From NCBI GenBank assembly GCA_016235455.1, contig JACRKZ010000047.1, positions 1 through 57,594 of the forward strand: 57,594 nucleotides of DNA, written 5' to 3'. Shown piece after piece: positions 44,372 to 53,607 of the stretch. The position numbers and the translations under genes are program-made. Positions within the stretch are counted from its first letter, which is position 1, and each line of letters begins with the position of its first letter. The notes beneath the pieces were generated by a model. That model was not told where the DNA came from, made no database searches, and saw only the letters and a program-made list of their open reading frames with translations. The DNA is from Armatimonadota bacterium (GTDB lineage Bacteria > Armatimonadota > UBA10988).

Positions 44372-45478
44372 GTGGCGGAGCCCGATGTGAGCAGCTCATT
44401 CGAGACCAAACTGGCGCGCGTTCGCGCCTTCATGACCAGGCACGAGCTCGAAGGGCTGGTTCTGTCGCGGCTGGATAACCTCTTCTGGCTAGGCTGCGGT
44501 CTCGACGCCCACGTGCCCATTGCCGCCGAGACCGGCGTGGCCAGCCTCGTGGTCACCGTTGACCGCGTGGTTCTGGTGACCACCAACATCGAGGCGCCAC
44601 GGCTGCGCGACGAGGAACTGCACCGCATCGGCGTGCCGCTGGAGGCCGTGCCCTGGTGGGAGGATCGTCTGGGCGCCCGCGTGGCCGAACTCTGCGCCGA
44701 CGCGGCGCGCGTCGGGTCCGACGTGCCTGCGCCGGGCCGCGAGGTGGTCAATCTCGCGCCGCTGCGCTACAGCCTGCTGCCCGACGAAGTGGCCGCTTAC
44801 CGCGCCCACGGCGCCGATCAGGGCGCCGCCATTGGTCAGGTGGCGCGCGAGTTCGCGCGCGGCGAGAGCGAGTTTCAGATTGCGGGCCGGCTGGCTGGCG
44901 CGCTGCTGGCCCGCGGCATCACGCCGACGGTACTGCTGGTCGCCGCGGACGAGCGCATCGCGCACTACCGGCACCCCATCCCCACCGCGCGCTGCGTCGA
45001 CCGCGCCGCGCTGCTGGTGGCTGGCGGCCGGCGGGACGGCCTGGTCGTGTCGGTCTCGCGCATGGTCTGTTTCGGCCAGCCGGGCAGTGACCTGCGGCAG
45101 CGCCACGAGGCGGTGTGCGCCGTCGATGCCGCCTTCATTGCCGCCACCGTGCCCAGCACGAGCGTAGCCGAGGTGTTCGCGAGCGGCGTGGCGGCCTACG
45201 CGGCGGCCGGCTTCCCCGACGAGTGGCAGCACCATCATCAGGGCGGCGCCACCGGCTACCAGGGCCGCGACTACCGCGGCAGCCTGACCTGCAACGAGAC
45301 CGTGGCGCCCTGGCAGGCCTTTGCCTGGAACCCTAGCATCGCCGGCACCAAATCGGAGGACACCATCATCGCGACGCCCGACGGACCCGAGATTCTCTCG
45401 GCCAGCCCCGATTGGCCGCTGCTCGCCGTGCGCGTGGGCAGCGCGTCGGTGGCGCGGGCCGACCTGTTGCGGCGCTGA
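44372..45478 (+). CDS. M24/creatinase-fold hydrolase with atypical metal site
   Basis: Creatinase-like N-terminus; YRHPIPT, HHHQGGATGY, AWNPSIAGTKSEDTI. Start is GTG 44372 or GTG 44387 (GGAG SD). Confidence 0.8.
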   Translation: MAEPDVSSSFETKLARVRAFMTRHELEGLVLSRLDNLFWLGCGLDAHVPIAAETGVASLVVTVDRVVLVTTNIEAPRLRDEELHRIGVPLEAVPWWEDRLGARVAELCADAARVGSDVPAPGREVVNLAPLRYSLLPDEVAAYRAHGADQGAAIGQVAREFARGESEFQIAGRLAGALLARGITPTVLLVAADERIAHYRHPIPTARCVDRAALLVAGGRRDGLVVSVSRMVCFGQPGSDLRQRHEAVCAVDAAFIAATVPSTSVAEVFASGVAAYAAAGFPDEWQHHHQGGATGYQGRDYRGSLTCNETVAPWQAFAWNPSIAGTKSEDTIIATPDGPEILSASPDWPLLAVRVGSASVARADLLRR

Positions 45479-45516
45479 GCGACGTGGCTGCCTCGCGGTC
45501 GGCCGGCCGCGCCGCC

Positions 45517-47031
45517 ATGGTCCCCATGCCGCCGCAAGCGGGCTGGGAGCCGCCGCCCACGGTGCTCGACGCTACTCAGCGTCTGGGCGACCTGGTCGGT
45601 GTGCTCATCCTGCGCGCCGACGATGACAAGCTGGTCAGCGTGCAGGAGCCGGAAACGCTGCGCATGCCCGCGGCAGAGGCGTTTGTCGGCGGCTGCCTGA
45701 GCACCGGCCGCGCCCTGGTGGCCAACGCCGGCGAAGAGCGACTCCACCCCCGCGAACGCGCCCTGCTGGCCGAGCGCGGCGCCGATTTCATGCTCGCCGT
45801 CCCGGTGCTGGTCGACCCCGCGGGCCGGCCAGAAGGCGTCGTCGTCGGCTTCCAGAAGTTGATCGCAGGCAGCGCCGGCGGCGACCAGGCCCGCCTCGCG
45901 CTGAGCCTGCTGGCCGAGCATGTGGCCATGTCGCGCCGCTGGCACCTGGCCATGGCCCAGGCCCAGGAAGCCAGCGACCGCGCGCTGCAAAGCTCGGGCG
46001 AAGCCGAAGGCATCCTCCACGGCGTGCGCGCGCCGGCACTCGTGCTCACCGCCGACAACCGGCTGCACGACGCCAACCGCGCCGCCGAGGTGCTGCTTGG
46101 CTTCCACCTGCCGCGGGGCCGCGGCAAGCTAGTCAGCGAAGTCATCGCTGAACCGACCATCGTGGCCGTGCTCTGCGACACCCAGACCACAGGCGGCGGC
46201 AAAGCACCCGAGGTCCGCCTGAGCCGGCCCGAAGAGGTCATCCTGGAGGTGCGCATCAGCCCCGTGTTCGATGCGCGCGGCGAACTGCGCTGGCGGGTGG
46301 TCGTCCTCAACGACACCACCACGGTGCGTCAGGCCGACGAACTCAAGAGCGACTTCGTGTCGCTCATCAGCCACGAACTGCGCACGCCGCTGACCAGCAT
46401 CAAGGCCTTCGCCGCCACGCTGCTGCGCGACGAGGGCGCCCGGCCCGAGGACCAGCGCGAGTGGCTCAAGATCATCGACCACGAGTGCGACCGGCTGACG
46501 GCGCTCGTCAACGACCTGCTGGTCATCTCGCGTCTGGACAGCGGGCGGCCGCTGGTGCTCAACTGGCAGTCGGTGGAACTCATGCCGCTGCTGGAGGCGG
46601 TGGCCGAGGCGCACCAGGCCAGCGCGCATCGGCACCACATCGAGGTCGTCGGGCCGGAACGCATCGCGCTGTCGGCCGATGCCGACCGGCTCAGGCAGAT
46701 TCTGGCCAACCTGGTCTCCAACGCCATCAAGTACTCCCCGCGGGGAGGACAGGTGGAGATCTCCGCCGAAGAGACGACCGACGACGTGCGGATCCTGGTG
46801 CGCGACCAGGGCGTCGGCATTCGACCCGAACACCTCAACCTGGTCTTTGAGAAGTTCTTCCAGGTGGACGGCTCGACCACACGCCGAGTCGGGGGCAGCG
46901 GGCTGGGTCTCTACCTCACGCGGCGGCTGGTCGAAGCCCACGGCGGCTCGGTCTGGGCCGAGAGTGAGTTGGGCAAGGGATCGACGTTGGTGGTCGTGCT
47001 GCCCAAGCACGCGACGCCTGGGGTACAATAG
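45517..47031 (+). CDS. Cytoplasmic sensor histidine kinase (GAF-like, PAS, HisKA, HATPase)
   Basis: ISHELRTPLTSI, NLVSNAIKYS, DQGVGI, FEKF, GGSGLGL; no TM segments. Start is uncertain (45484 or 45517). Confidence 0.9.
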   Translation: MVPMPPQAGWEPPPTVLDATQRLGDLVGVLILRADDDKLVSVQEPETLRMPAAEAFVGGCLSTGRALVANAGEERLHPRERALLAERGADFMLAVPVLVDPAGRPEGVVVGFQKLIAGSAGGDQARLALSLLAEHVAMSRRWHLAMAQAQEASDRALQSSGEAEGILHGVRAPALVLTADNRLHDANRAAEVLLGFHLPRGRGKLVSEVIAEPTIVAVLCDTQTTGGGKAPEVRLSRPEEVILEVRISPVFDARGELRWRVVVLNDTTTVRQADELKSDFVSLISHELRTPLTSIKAFAATLLRDEGARPEDQREWLKIIDHECDRLTALVNDLLVISRLDSGRPLVLNWQSVELMPLLEAVAEAHQASAHRHHIEVVGPERIALSADADRLRQILANLVSNAIKYSPRGGQVEISAEETTDDVRILVRDQGVGIRPEHLNLVFEKFFQVDGSTTRRVGGSGLGLYLTRRLVEAHGGSVWAESELGKGSTLVVVLPKHATPGVQ

Positions 47032-47053
47032 TTTCGACGGGGACGGATGAGCA

Positions 47054-48775
47054 ATGGCGGAACATGCCAATGGCCATGGTGAGGGCGATGTCGATCCGGC
47101 GCGTCAGGCGGGCCAGCTACAGCAGGAAGTAGCTCGGCTGCGCAACGAGGTCGACCGGCTGAACAACGAGTTGGCGGCGCGAGTCGACACCAAGGACAAA
47201 GAGCAGATGACCCTCGCCGAGGGCACGCTGTTCATCTCCGAGGTGGAGGTGCGCAAGGCCATCGCGCGCCAGTTGCGCAACGGCTCCCGCCTGCTCCAGG
47301 CCAGCAAGTGCGTCTACCTGCTGCACGACGGCAAGAATGAGTTGGTCGCGCAGCGCCCGGCGCTGGGCCTCGAAGAAGAGGAACTGGCGCTCTTCCGCAC
47401 CACCGTCGGTCGCGGCATCAGCGGCGAGGTGTTCCGCACCCGCAAAGCCGCGCGCATCGACCGCATCGCCGACGATCCCCGCTCGGGCGAGGAGCCGCTG
47501 GCCCGCATCGGCGCCGTCAACGGCATCGCCGTGCCGCTGCTGCTGCAGATCCGCGACGAAGAGAACCGCGTCATCGACTCGCGCGCCATCGGCGTGCTGT
47601 GGGTGCTCAACAGCCGCGGTGGCGGATTCACCGCCGACGATGAGCGACTGCTCACGGTCTTCGCGCGCCAGGTGGCGGCCGTCGTCGGCAACGCGAAGTT
47701 CCTCGAGGAACTGCTGGGCCAGAACCAGCAGATGATCAGCACCTTTGAGAACCTGCCCGCCGGCATCTTGTTCGTCGGCGAAGACGACCGCATCCGCCTG
47801 GTCAACAACGCAGCCCGCAGCCTCTTCAAGCTGCCCGAGGGTCGCGGCGTGGGCGAAGCCTACTACCGCGCCATCGAGCACAACCGCACCTGCGAGACGC
47901 TCAACGCCTGCATGCGCGAGAACGAGGACAAGGGCGCTGAGGTACCGTTCGAGATCGAGGGCGAGGAGCGCATCTACCAGATCCAGGCCGCGCGGGTGCG
48001 CGGCGGCAGCGACGACCTGAACGGCGTCGTCGCCGTCTTCGACGATGTCACCGAGGTGCATCGCCTGGACCGCATGAAGCAGGAGTTTGTGCAGACCTTC
48101 TCCTCGGAGTTGCTCGGCCCGGTGGCCAGCATCAGCGGCTTCTCCGCCATGTTGCGGCGCACCGCCGAGGAGTTGCCTGTGCCCATGCGCGGCGAGATCC
48201 ACAGCATCATCAGCGCCGAGTGCGACCGCCTGCGACGGCACATCCAGGACCTGCTCAATGTGCCGCGCGTGGAACAGGGCATCCGGCCCCACCTGAGCCT
48301 GGAGCGCTTCGATTTCGCCGCTATGGTCAAGCGCGTCATCGACCGCGAGGCGCCGCTGAACACGCTGCACCACTTCCACTTCGAGGCCCAGCCCGACCTG
48401 CCGCGCGTCAATGGTGACGAACCGCGGCTGGAGGGCGTGGCCTACAACCTCGTGGTCAATGCCATCCGCTACAGCCCCGACGGTGGCAACATCACGGTCA
48501 AGGTGTACACTCAAGACAACACCGTGCGCGTGTCCGTGACCGACCAGGGCGTGGGCATTCCCGCCGAGCAACGCGAGGAAGTCTTCCGCAAGTTCGCCAG
48601 GGTCAAGCGCGCCGACGAACGCGTACGCGCGGGGCGCGGCATCGGTCTGTTCATCTCCCGCTTCTTCGTCGAGGCGCACGGTGGCCAGGTCGGTGTCGAA
48701 AGTGAGGAGGGCCAGGGCTCGACCTTCTGGTTCTGGGTGCCCATCCTCGGCCCGGCAGCCATCATCGAACGCTGA
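47054..48775 (+). CDS. GAF-PAS histidine kinase-like protein lacking the phosphoacceptor His
   Basis: Coiled coil, GAF, PAS, then FVQTFSSELLGPVASISG where SHELRTPL is expected. N, G1, F and G2 boxes are present. Confidence 0.85.
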   Translation: MAEHANGHGEGDVDPARQAGQLQQEVARLRNEVDRLNNELAARVDTKDKEQMTLAEGTLFISEVEVRKAIARQLRNGSRLLQASKCVYLLHDGKNELVAQRPALGLEEEELALFRTTVGRGISGEVFRTRKAARIDRIADDPRSGEEPLARIGAVNGIAVPLLLQIRDEENRVIDSRAIGVLWVLNSRGGGFTADDERLLTVFARQVAAVVGNAKFLEELLGQNQQMISTFENLPAGILFVGEDDRIRLVNNAARSLFKLPEGRGVGEAYYRAIEHNRTCETLNACMRENEDKGAEVPFEIEGEERIYQIQAARVRGGSDDLNGVVAVFDDVTEVHRLDRMKQEFVQTFSSELLGPVASISGFSAMLRRTAEELPVPMRGEIHSIISAECDRLRRHIQDLLNVPRVEQGIRPHLSLERFDFAAMVKRVIDREAPLNTLHHFHFEAQPDLPRVNGDEPRLEGVAYNLVVNAIRYSPDGGNITVKVYTQDNTVRVSVTDQGVGIPAEQREEVFRKFARVKRADERVRAGRGIGLFISRFFVEAHGGQVGVESEEGQGSTFWFWVPILGPAAIIER

Positions 48776-48788
48776 GGATAAGTGCCCC

Positions 48789-49235
48789 ATGAAGATCGCG
48801 ATCGGGTCGGACCACGCCGGATTCAGCCTCAAAGAGCAGTTGCGACTCACCTTCGCCGACCAGGAGTTCGTCGACTTCGGCACCTACTCCGAAGCCAGCT
48901 GCGACTACCCCGACGTCGCGCTCAAGGTGGCTCACGCCGTGCGCGACCACGAGGTTGACCTCGGCGTGTTGGTCTGCGGCACCGGAGTCGGCATGGCCAT
49001 CGCCGCCAACAAGGTCCAGGGCATTCGCGCCGCGGCCTGCAGCGAGACCTACACCGCCAAGCTGACCCGCGACCACAACAACGCCAACGTCCTGTGCCTC
49101 GGCTCGCGCGTGGTAGGGTCCGGCGTCGCGGAAGAGATCCTACGCGCTTGGCTCGACACGCCTTTCTGCGGCGAGGAGCGCCACGCGCGCCGGCTGCGCA
49201 AGATCGCCGCGATCGAAGAGCAGGACCTGGGCTGA
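48789..49235 (+). CDS. rpiB: Ribose-5-phosphate isomerase B
   Basis: MKIAIGSDHAGF, DYPD, CGTGVGMAIAANKV.GIRAA, HNNANVL, RHARR. Confidence 0.96.
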   Translation: MKIAIGSDHAGFSLKEQLRLTFADQEFVDFGTYSEASCDYPDVALKVAHAVRDHEVDLGVLVCGTGVGMAIAANKVQGIRAAACSETYTAKLTRDHNNANVLCLGSRVVGSGVAEEILRAWLDTPFCGEERHARRLRKIAAIEEQDLG

Positions 49236-50395
49236 TGGCAGACCGACTTCACTGCGTAGTCGCCTTCGGCACGCGGCCCGAGGCGGTCAAAATGGCGCCG
49301 CTGGTCAAGGCCCTCGCCGCGCGGCCCGACACCTTTCAGGTGACCACTCTGGTCACTGCTCAGCACCGCGAGATGGTCGACCAGGTCATCGACGTGTTTG
49401 GCCTGAAGGTCGACCACGACCTGAACCTGATGCGGCCCGAGCAGACCCTACCCGACCTCACCGCGCGCGTGCTGACCGCCATGACACCGGTGCTCGAGGC
49501 CGAGAAGCCCGACCTGGTGCTGGTGCAGGGCGACACCACGACGGTCCTCGCCGGCGCACTGGCGGCCTTCTACCAGCAGATTCCCGTGGGGCATGTCGAA
49601 GCCGGGCTACGCACCGCGACGCTCTATGACCCATTCCCCGAGGAGATGAACCGGCGCGTTACCACGCGGCTGGCCTCGCTGCACTTCGCGGCCACCGACT
49701 GGTCGGCAGCCAATCTCGCTGCCGAGGGTGTCACCGACGGCGTCTACGTCACCGGCAACACGGTCATCGACGCGCTGCAGAGCGTGGCCCGGCAGGACTT
49801 GCCGCTGCCGGCCGGTGTGCCAGCGGGCGAGTTGGACGGCCGCCGGCTGGTGCTGGTGACCGCGCACCGCCGCGAGAACCTGGGCGAGCCGCTGGCTGAC
49901 ATCTGCCGCGCCATCCGCACGCTGGTGGAAACGCACCGCGACATCGTCGTGGTGTACGCCATGCATCGCAACCCCAAGGTCCGAGCCACGGTGCAGTCCA
50001 TCCTGGGCGGGCTCGACCGTGTGCTGCTCATCGAGCCGCCCGACTACTTCCTGTTTGTCGGCCTGCTGCGCCGCGCCGAACTGGTCCTGACCGACTCCGG
50101 CGGCATCCAGGAGGAAGCTCCCGCGCTCGGCAAACCGGTCCTGGTGCTGCGCAGAACCACCGAGCGGCCCGAAGGCGTCGATGCCGGGACAGCACGGCTG
50201 ATCGGGACTCATACTGAGGCCATCGTTCAGGCGGCGAGCCTGCTGCTTGACCAGCCGGAGTCCTATCAGGCCATGGCGCGCGCCGTCAATCCGTATGGTG
50301 ACGGGCGAGCCGCCGAGCGCATCGCCGACGCGATAGCGTTCCACTTTGGTGTTGGCCCCGAACCAGCGCGCTTCTCGACGCGAGGCACTCGTTAA
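49235..50395 (+). CDS. wecB: UDP-N-acetylglucosamine 2-epimerase (non-hydrolysing)
   Basis: FGTRPEAVKMAP, QGDTTT, HVEAGLRT, PFPEEMNR, TAHRREN, TDSGGIQEEAP. TGATG overlap with rpiB. Confidence 0.96.
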   Translation: MADRLHCVVAFGTRPEAVKMAPLVKALAARPDTFQVTTLVTAQHREMVDQVIDVFGLKVDHDLNLMRPEQTLPDLTARVLTAMTPVLEAEKPDLVLVQGDTTTVLAGALAAFYQQIPVGHVEAGLRTATLYDPFPEEMNRRVTTRLASLHFAATDWSAANLAAEGVTDGVYVTGNTVIDALQSVARQDLPLPAGVPAGELDGRRLVLVTAHRRENLGEPLADICRAIRTLVETHRDIVVVYAMHRNPKVRATVQSILGGLDRVLLIEPPDYFLFVGLLRRAELVLTDSGGIQEEAPALGKPVLVLRRTTERPEGVDAGTARLIGTHTEAIVQAASLLLDQPESYQAMARAVNPYGDGRAAERIADAIAFHFGVGPEPARFSTRGTR

Positions 50396-51252
50396 TGCAG
50401 GATCTGACCGTCTTCAAGGCCGCCCTACTCGGCCTCATCCAGGGCCTGGGCGAGTTTCTGCCCATCAGCAGCTCGGGCCACCTCAAGCTGGCCGAGCACT
50501 TCCTGGGGCTGCCCAACACCGATGAGATGTTCGCCTTCGACGTACTGCTCCACGCGGCGACGCTGCTGGCGCTGGTGGTCTACTTCTGGGCCGACCTGAA
50601 GGCCATGGCCGGTGCCTGGTGCCGCAGCGTGGGCCAGTTGGTCCGCCGCGACGGTACCGTCAGCGAGCCGCAGGCCCGCTGGTCGTGGCTGGTATTGCTG
50701 GCCATGGCCCCGACGGGCCTGCTGGCGCTGGGCCTGCACAAGACCATCGAGCCCTACTTCGCGGACGTCAAGCTGGTCTGCGCCATGTTGCTGCTGGCCG
50801 GGACGTTCAACTGGTACTCCGACCGCTGCCTACGCCGTGAAAGGGCGGGCCGACGCATCGAGGAGATGGGCTGGAAGGACGCGCTGGCCTGCGGCACCGT
50901 GCAGGGCCTGGCCGCCGTGTTCCACGGCATGTCGCGCAGCGGCTCCACCATGGCGGTCGGCCTGTGGCGCGGCCTCGGCGGCGAGTCTGCACCGCGCTTC
51001 TCGTTCCTCATGTCCGTGCCAGCCGTGGCCTGCGCCCTGCTGGTGCAGCTCAAGGACCTGATCAAGCCGCAAGGCGAGGGGCCTGGAACCGCGGCCATGC
51101 TGGTTGGCTTTGCCGTGGCCGCGGTCACTGGCTACTGGGCGGTCAATACCGTCTTCACCGTGGTGCGACGCGGCCGTTTCATGGGCTTCGCCTGGTACTG
51201 TTGGGGCATTGGCGGGCTGGCGCTGCTCGTGCTGCTGGTGCGAGGTCACTGA
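50395..51252 (+). CDS. uppP: Undecaprenyl-diphosphate phosphatase
   Basis: LGLIQGLGEFLPISSSGHL, FDVLLH, GMSRSGST, RFSFLMSVP. Confidence 0.93.
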   Translation: MQDLTVFKAALLGLIQGLGEFLPISSSGHLKLAEHFLGLPNTDEMFAFDVLLHAATLLALVVYFWADLKAMAGAWCRSVGQLVRRDGTVSEPQARWSWLVLLAMAPTGLLALGLHKTIEPYFADVKLVCAMLLLAGTFNWYSDRCLRRERAGRRIEEMGWKDALACGTVQGLAAVFHGMSRSGSTMAVGLWRGLGGESAPRFSFLMSVPAVACALLVQLKDLIKPQGEGPGTAAMLVGFAVAAVTGYWAVNTVFTVVRRGRFMGFAWYCWGIGGLALLVLLVRGH

Positions 51253-51253
51253 G

Positions 51254-52207
51254 GTGAGCCCCGTCTGGCCGGCGCCGCTGGCCCCAGGTGGCACCATCGC
51301 CGTGGTCTCGCCAGCCAGCACACCGCGCGACGACCGGCTCGAGCGGGGTCGTGCCGCGCTCACCGCGCTCGGTTACCAGGTGCGTGAATACCCGCATGCC
51401 CGCTGCCGCTGGCACTTCGTCGCCGGCACCGACGCAGAGCGCCTGGCTGACCTGCACGCGGCCTTCGCCGATCCCGAGATCGACGCGGTGTGGTGCTCGC
51501 GCGGCGGTTACGGCAGTATGCGACTGCTGGGCAGCCTCGACTGGGATCTGCTCGCCGCCAACCCCAAGCCGTTCGTCGGCTACAGCGACATCACGGCGCT
51601 GCAGCAGGCCATGGCGGCCCGCCTCGGCTGGGTCACCTTCTCCGGGCCCATGGTGGCCAGTGGCCACGGCTACGGCCGTGAGGGCGGCATCGAGCCCGGC
51701 ACCGAGAGCGACGTGTGGCGCTGGTTGCGGCCCACCGCGGCCGGTCAACCACTGGCCAACGCCGACGGTTCTTCCTTCACCGTGCTGCGCCCAGGCCGCG
51801 CCCAGGGTGTGTTGCTGGGCGGCAATCTATCGCTGTTCACCGCGCTCGTGGGCACGCCCTACCTGCCGGTACTCGACGGCGCCATCCTGGCCATCGAGGA
51901 CGTCGGCGAGAAGCCCTATGCGGTCGACCGCATGCTGCTGCAGCTGGAACTGGCGGGCGTGTTCGACCGCATCGGCGCGCTGCTCATCGGTGATTTCGCG
52001 CAGTACCTGACCGACGGCGCCACGGGGCCAGCTGTTGAAGAGCTGGTCATGGAGCGAGTCGGTGGTCGCGACCTGGCGGTAGTAAGCAACGTGGTGCACG
52101 GCCACTGCGACCGGCGGCTGACGCTGCCCATCGGCGCTCAGGCCGAGCTGACCGCGGATCGACACGAGTCGGCCATATCGGTTCAGTGCGACCGTTCAAC
52201 CGCATAG
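51254..52207 (+). CDS. ldcA: LD-carboxypeptidase, peptidase S66
   Basis: RGGYGS, GYSDIT (catalytic Ser), GGNLS, IEDVGE, HGH. GTG 51254. Confidence 0.9.
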   Translation: MSPVWPAPLAPGGTIAVVSPASTPRDDRLERGRAALTALGYQVREYPHARCRWHFVAGTDAERLADLHAAFADPEIDAVWCSRGGYGSMRLLGSLDWDLLAANPKPFVGYSDITALQQAMAARLGWVTFSGPMVASGHGYGREGGIEPGTESDVWRWLRPTAAGQPLANADGSSFTVLRPGRAQGVLLGGNLSLFTALVGTPYLPVLDGAILAIEDVGEKPYAVDRMLLQLELAGVFDRIGALLIGDFAQYLTDGATGPAVEELVMERVGGRDLAVVSNVVHGHCDRRLTLPIGAQAELTADRHESAISVQCDRSTA

Positions 52208-52292
52208 GTCGGCACAACGCAAGCATCGGCAGGTTCGCTCGAACCGGCGGCGAAGTACCCTAGTGAACCTGAATACCTGGAGGACTGTAAGC

Positions 52293-53459
52293 ATGTACAC
52301 CCCGCGGCCTGAGGATAAGTTCACTTTTGGCATGTGGACCTACTCCAACCCCGGACGCGACCCGTTTGGCGACACGACGCGCGCGGTGCCGAACCTAGAG
52401 TTCCACTGCCGAGCGGCTGGCAAGTTGGCCGAACTGGGCGCCTATGGCGTGAACCTCCACGACAACGACCTCGTGCCGATCACCGCCACGCCGGCGGAGC
52501 GCGACCAGATTGTGGCCACCTATCGCAAGGCCCTCAACGACGCCGGCCTCAAGGTGCCGATGGCCACCACGAACATGTTCAGCCACGCCGTCTTCAAGGA
52601 CGGCGCCTTCACCGCCGCTGACCCGACGGTGCGCGCCTACGCGCTGCGTAAGGCCATGGAAGGCATCGACCTGGGCATGGAGCTCGACGCGAAGATCTAC
52701 GTCTTCTGGGGCGGCCGCGAAGGCACCGAAGTCGACGCCGGCAAAGACCTCGTCGAGAGCGTGAAGCGCTACCGCGACGCGTTCAACTTCCTCATCGGCT
52801 ACGTCAAGGACCAGGGCTACAACATCAAGTTCGCCCTGGAGGCCAAGCCCAACGAGCCTCGCGGCCAGATCTTCCTGCCGACCACCGGCGCCATGCTCGG
52901 CTTCATCCAGACCCTGGACGACCCCGACTTCGTCGGCGTGAACCCCGAGTTCGCTCACGAGCAGATGGCCGGCCTGAGCTTCCCGCACGCCGTAGCCCAG
53001 GCGCTCGACGCTGGCAAGCTGTTCCACATCGACCTCAACGACCAGGCGCCCGGCCGCTATGACCAAGACCTGCGCTTCGCCTCGGTGAACTACAAGGACG
53101 CCTTCACCCTGGTCAAGCTCCTCGAGGACAACGGCTACAGCGGCTCGAAGCACTTCGACGCTCACGCCTATCGCACCGAGGACGAGGAGGGCGTGTGGCA
53201 GTTCTGCGCGGGCAACATGCGCAACTACCTGATCCTCAAGGAGAAGGTCGCGCAGTTCAACGCCGATGCCGAAATCCAGGCTCTCGTCGCCGAACTGCAG
53301 GCCGACGTCGACGGTGTCGCCGGGCTCATGACCTACACGCCCGACAACGCCAGCGCGCTGCGCGCCAGGTCCTTCGACATCGAAGCCCTGGGCGCCAAGG
53401 GCCGCAAGCTCGAGCTTCTTGACCAGTTGACCGGTGACCTTCTGCTCGGCGTGCGCTGA
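52293..53459 (+). CDS. xylA: Xylose isomerase, class I
   Basis: KFTFGMWT...[56 protein letters not shown] 52293 follows GGAGG. Confidence 0.95.
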   Translation: MYTPRPEDKFTFGMWTYSNPGRDPFGDTTRAVPNLEFHCRAAGKLAELGAYGVNLHDNDLVPITATPAERDQIVATYRKALNDAGLKVPMATTNMFSHAVFKDGAFTAADPTVRAYALRKAMEGIDLGMELDAKIYVFWGGREGTEVDAGKDLVESVKRYRDAFNFLIGYVKDQGYNIKFALEAKPNEPRGQIFLPTTGAMLGFIQTLDDPDFVGVNPEFAHEQMAGLSFPHAVAQALDAGKLFHIDLNDQAPGRYDQDLRFASVNYKDAFTLVKLLEDNGYSGSKHFDAHAYRTEDEEGVWQFCAGNMRNYLILKEKVAQFNADAEIQALVAELQADVDGVAGLMTYTPDNASALRARSFDIEALGAKGRKLELLDQLTGDLLLGVR

Positions 53460-53480
53460 GCCTGAGGTTCGACCCTAACA

Positions 53481-53512
53481 CGAAGGCGCCCGCCTTGCGG
53501 CGGGCGCCTTCG
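53481..53512 (+). terminator. Hairpin terminator after xylA
   Basis: CGAAGGCGCCCGCC-TTGC-GGCGGGCGCCTTCG followed by CTGTCTT. Confidence 0.75.
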
Positions 53513-53529
53513 CTGTCTTGGGCCGGCAG

Positions 53530-53607
53530 ACGGTGTCGGGACCCGTGTTCCATGATGCTGAAAACGGGTCCTGACACCGTTTCTACTGCTGACACCGTTT
53601 CTACTGC
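53530..53607. repeat. REP-like inverted pair plus 18-bp tandem duplication
   Basis: ACGGTGTCGGGACCCGT and ACGGGTCCTGACACCGT are inverted with 1 mismatch. CTGACACCGTTTCTACTG occurs twice (53571-53588, 53589-53606). Confidence 0.8.

Noticed and set aside
47024-47029. TACAAT as an internal promoter for the pseudokinase
   Set aside because: No convincing -35 or extended -10 at the right spacing.
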